DNA of 64,000 nucleotides from Alphaproteobacteria bacterium (GTDB lineage Bacteria; Pseudomonadota; Alphaproteobacteria; Rs-D84): NCBI GenBank assembly GCA_017642585.1, contig JAGCOR010000005.1, positions 47,529 to 111,528 of the forward strand, read 5' to 3'. Shown piece by piece: positions 63,557 to 64,000 of this stretch (position 1 is its first letter; each line of letters starts with the position of its first letter). The notes under the pieces were generated by a model. It saw only the letters and a program-made list of their open reading frames with translations, ran no database searches and was not told where the DNA came from. The position numbers and the translations under genes were made by a program.

Positions 63557-64000
63557 ATGAAAATTCTTGTAACTGGTGGAACTGGACAGTTGGGAACAGA
63601 ATTAAGCAAACGGTTGCCCGATGCATTTTGTACGGGTTCAAAAGATTTAGATATTTCAGATCAAGATGCAGTCCGTAAATTCGTTATACAAAATAACATT
63701 GATACAGTTATTAATTGTGCCGCCTATACGGCGACTGACGCGGCAGAGAACAATTATGCCATTGCAAAACAAGTAAATTGTATTGGTGCAAAAAATTTAG
63801 CAAACTGGTCGCAAAATTTGATTCATATTTCTACGGACTATGTTTTTGATGGGACTGCAAATCGACCATATAAAGAAACAGATACTGTTCATCCTTTGGG
63901 TGTGTATGGTATGACAAAACTGATGGGGGAAAGGGCGGTTATGGCCAATGCACGCAATGCAATAATCATCAGGACTTCATGGTTATATTCATTGAATGGA
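63557..64000 (+). CDS. rfbD: dTDP-4-dehydrorhamnose reductase (partial, runs off window end)
   Basis: MKILVTGGTGQLG, INCAAYT..D.AE, IHISTDYVFDG, P.GVYG.TK..GE, IIRTSWLY. Confidence 0.93.
   Translation, partial: MKILVTGGTGQLGTELSKRLPDAFCTGSKDLDISDQDAVRKFVIQNNIDTVINCAAYTATDAAENNYAIAKQVNCIGAKNLANWSQNLIHISTDYVFDGTANRPYKETDTVHPLGVYGMTKLMGERAVMANARNAIIIRTSWLYSLNG

Overview
AT-rich alphaproteobacterial chromosome segment. The alpha-type SspB, initiator tRNA with an A-U pair in the anticodon stem and lipid A genes support this; by inference it is a reduced, host-associated uncultured lineage. Most of the window is shuffled housekeeping genes (recF, accBC, rnpA, mreB/mreCD-mrdA-rodA, metG, fabD/G, mnmG, nth, ileS, pheST, rpmI-rplT, topA, dnaG, ychF, rpmJ, lpxK/C, gyrB, ung, rfbD), plus five tRNA genes, a stand-alone virB3-virB4 pair and a type IVb pilus cluster. 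Main observations: (1) A ~3.9-kb island sits in the anticodon loop of elongator tRNA-Met, with a 45-bp att repeat and arm-type repeats but no integrase. It carries a DUF3800 gene, an RlfB-like putative RNase and a convergent, promoter-driven ~110-nt structured RNA, a candidate RNA-containing toxin-antitoxin/defence module. (2) ~175-187-bp folded elements downstream of both tRNA-Met genes regenerate the tRNA 3' end, conserve structure rather than sequence, and bracket cargo genes. (3) Leader-peptide attenuators lie upstream of aminoacyl-tRNA synthetase genes: ileS (MKQKTIIIIK, strong), metG (MKRMQI) and pheST (weak). (4) An over-represented AAAYACCGG motif occurs in terminators and inside genes. 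(5) Weaker candidates are an oriC, a two-RxxxxH (HEPN-like) protein next to tRNA-Thr, and orphan ORFs ending in Arg. All protein calls come from motif recognition by eye; no database searches were run.
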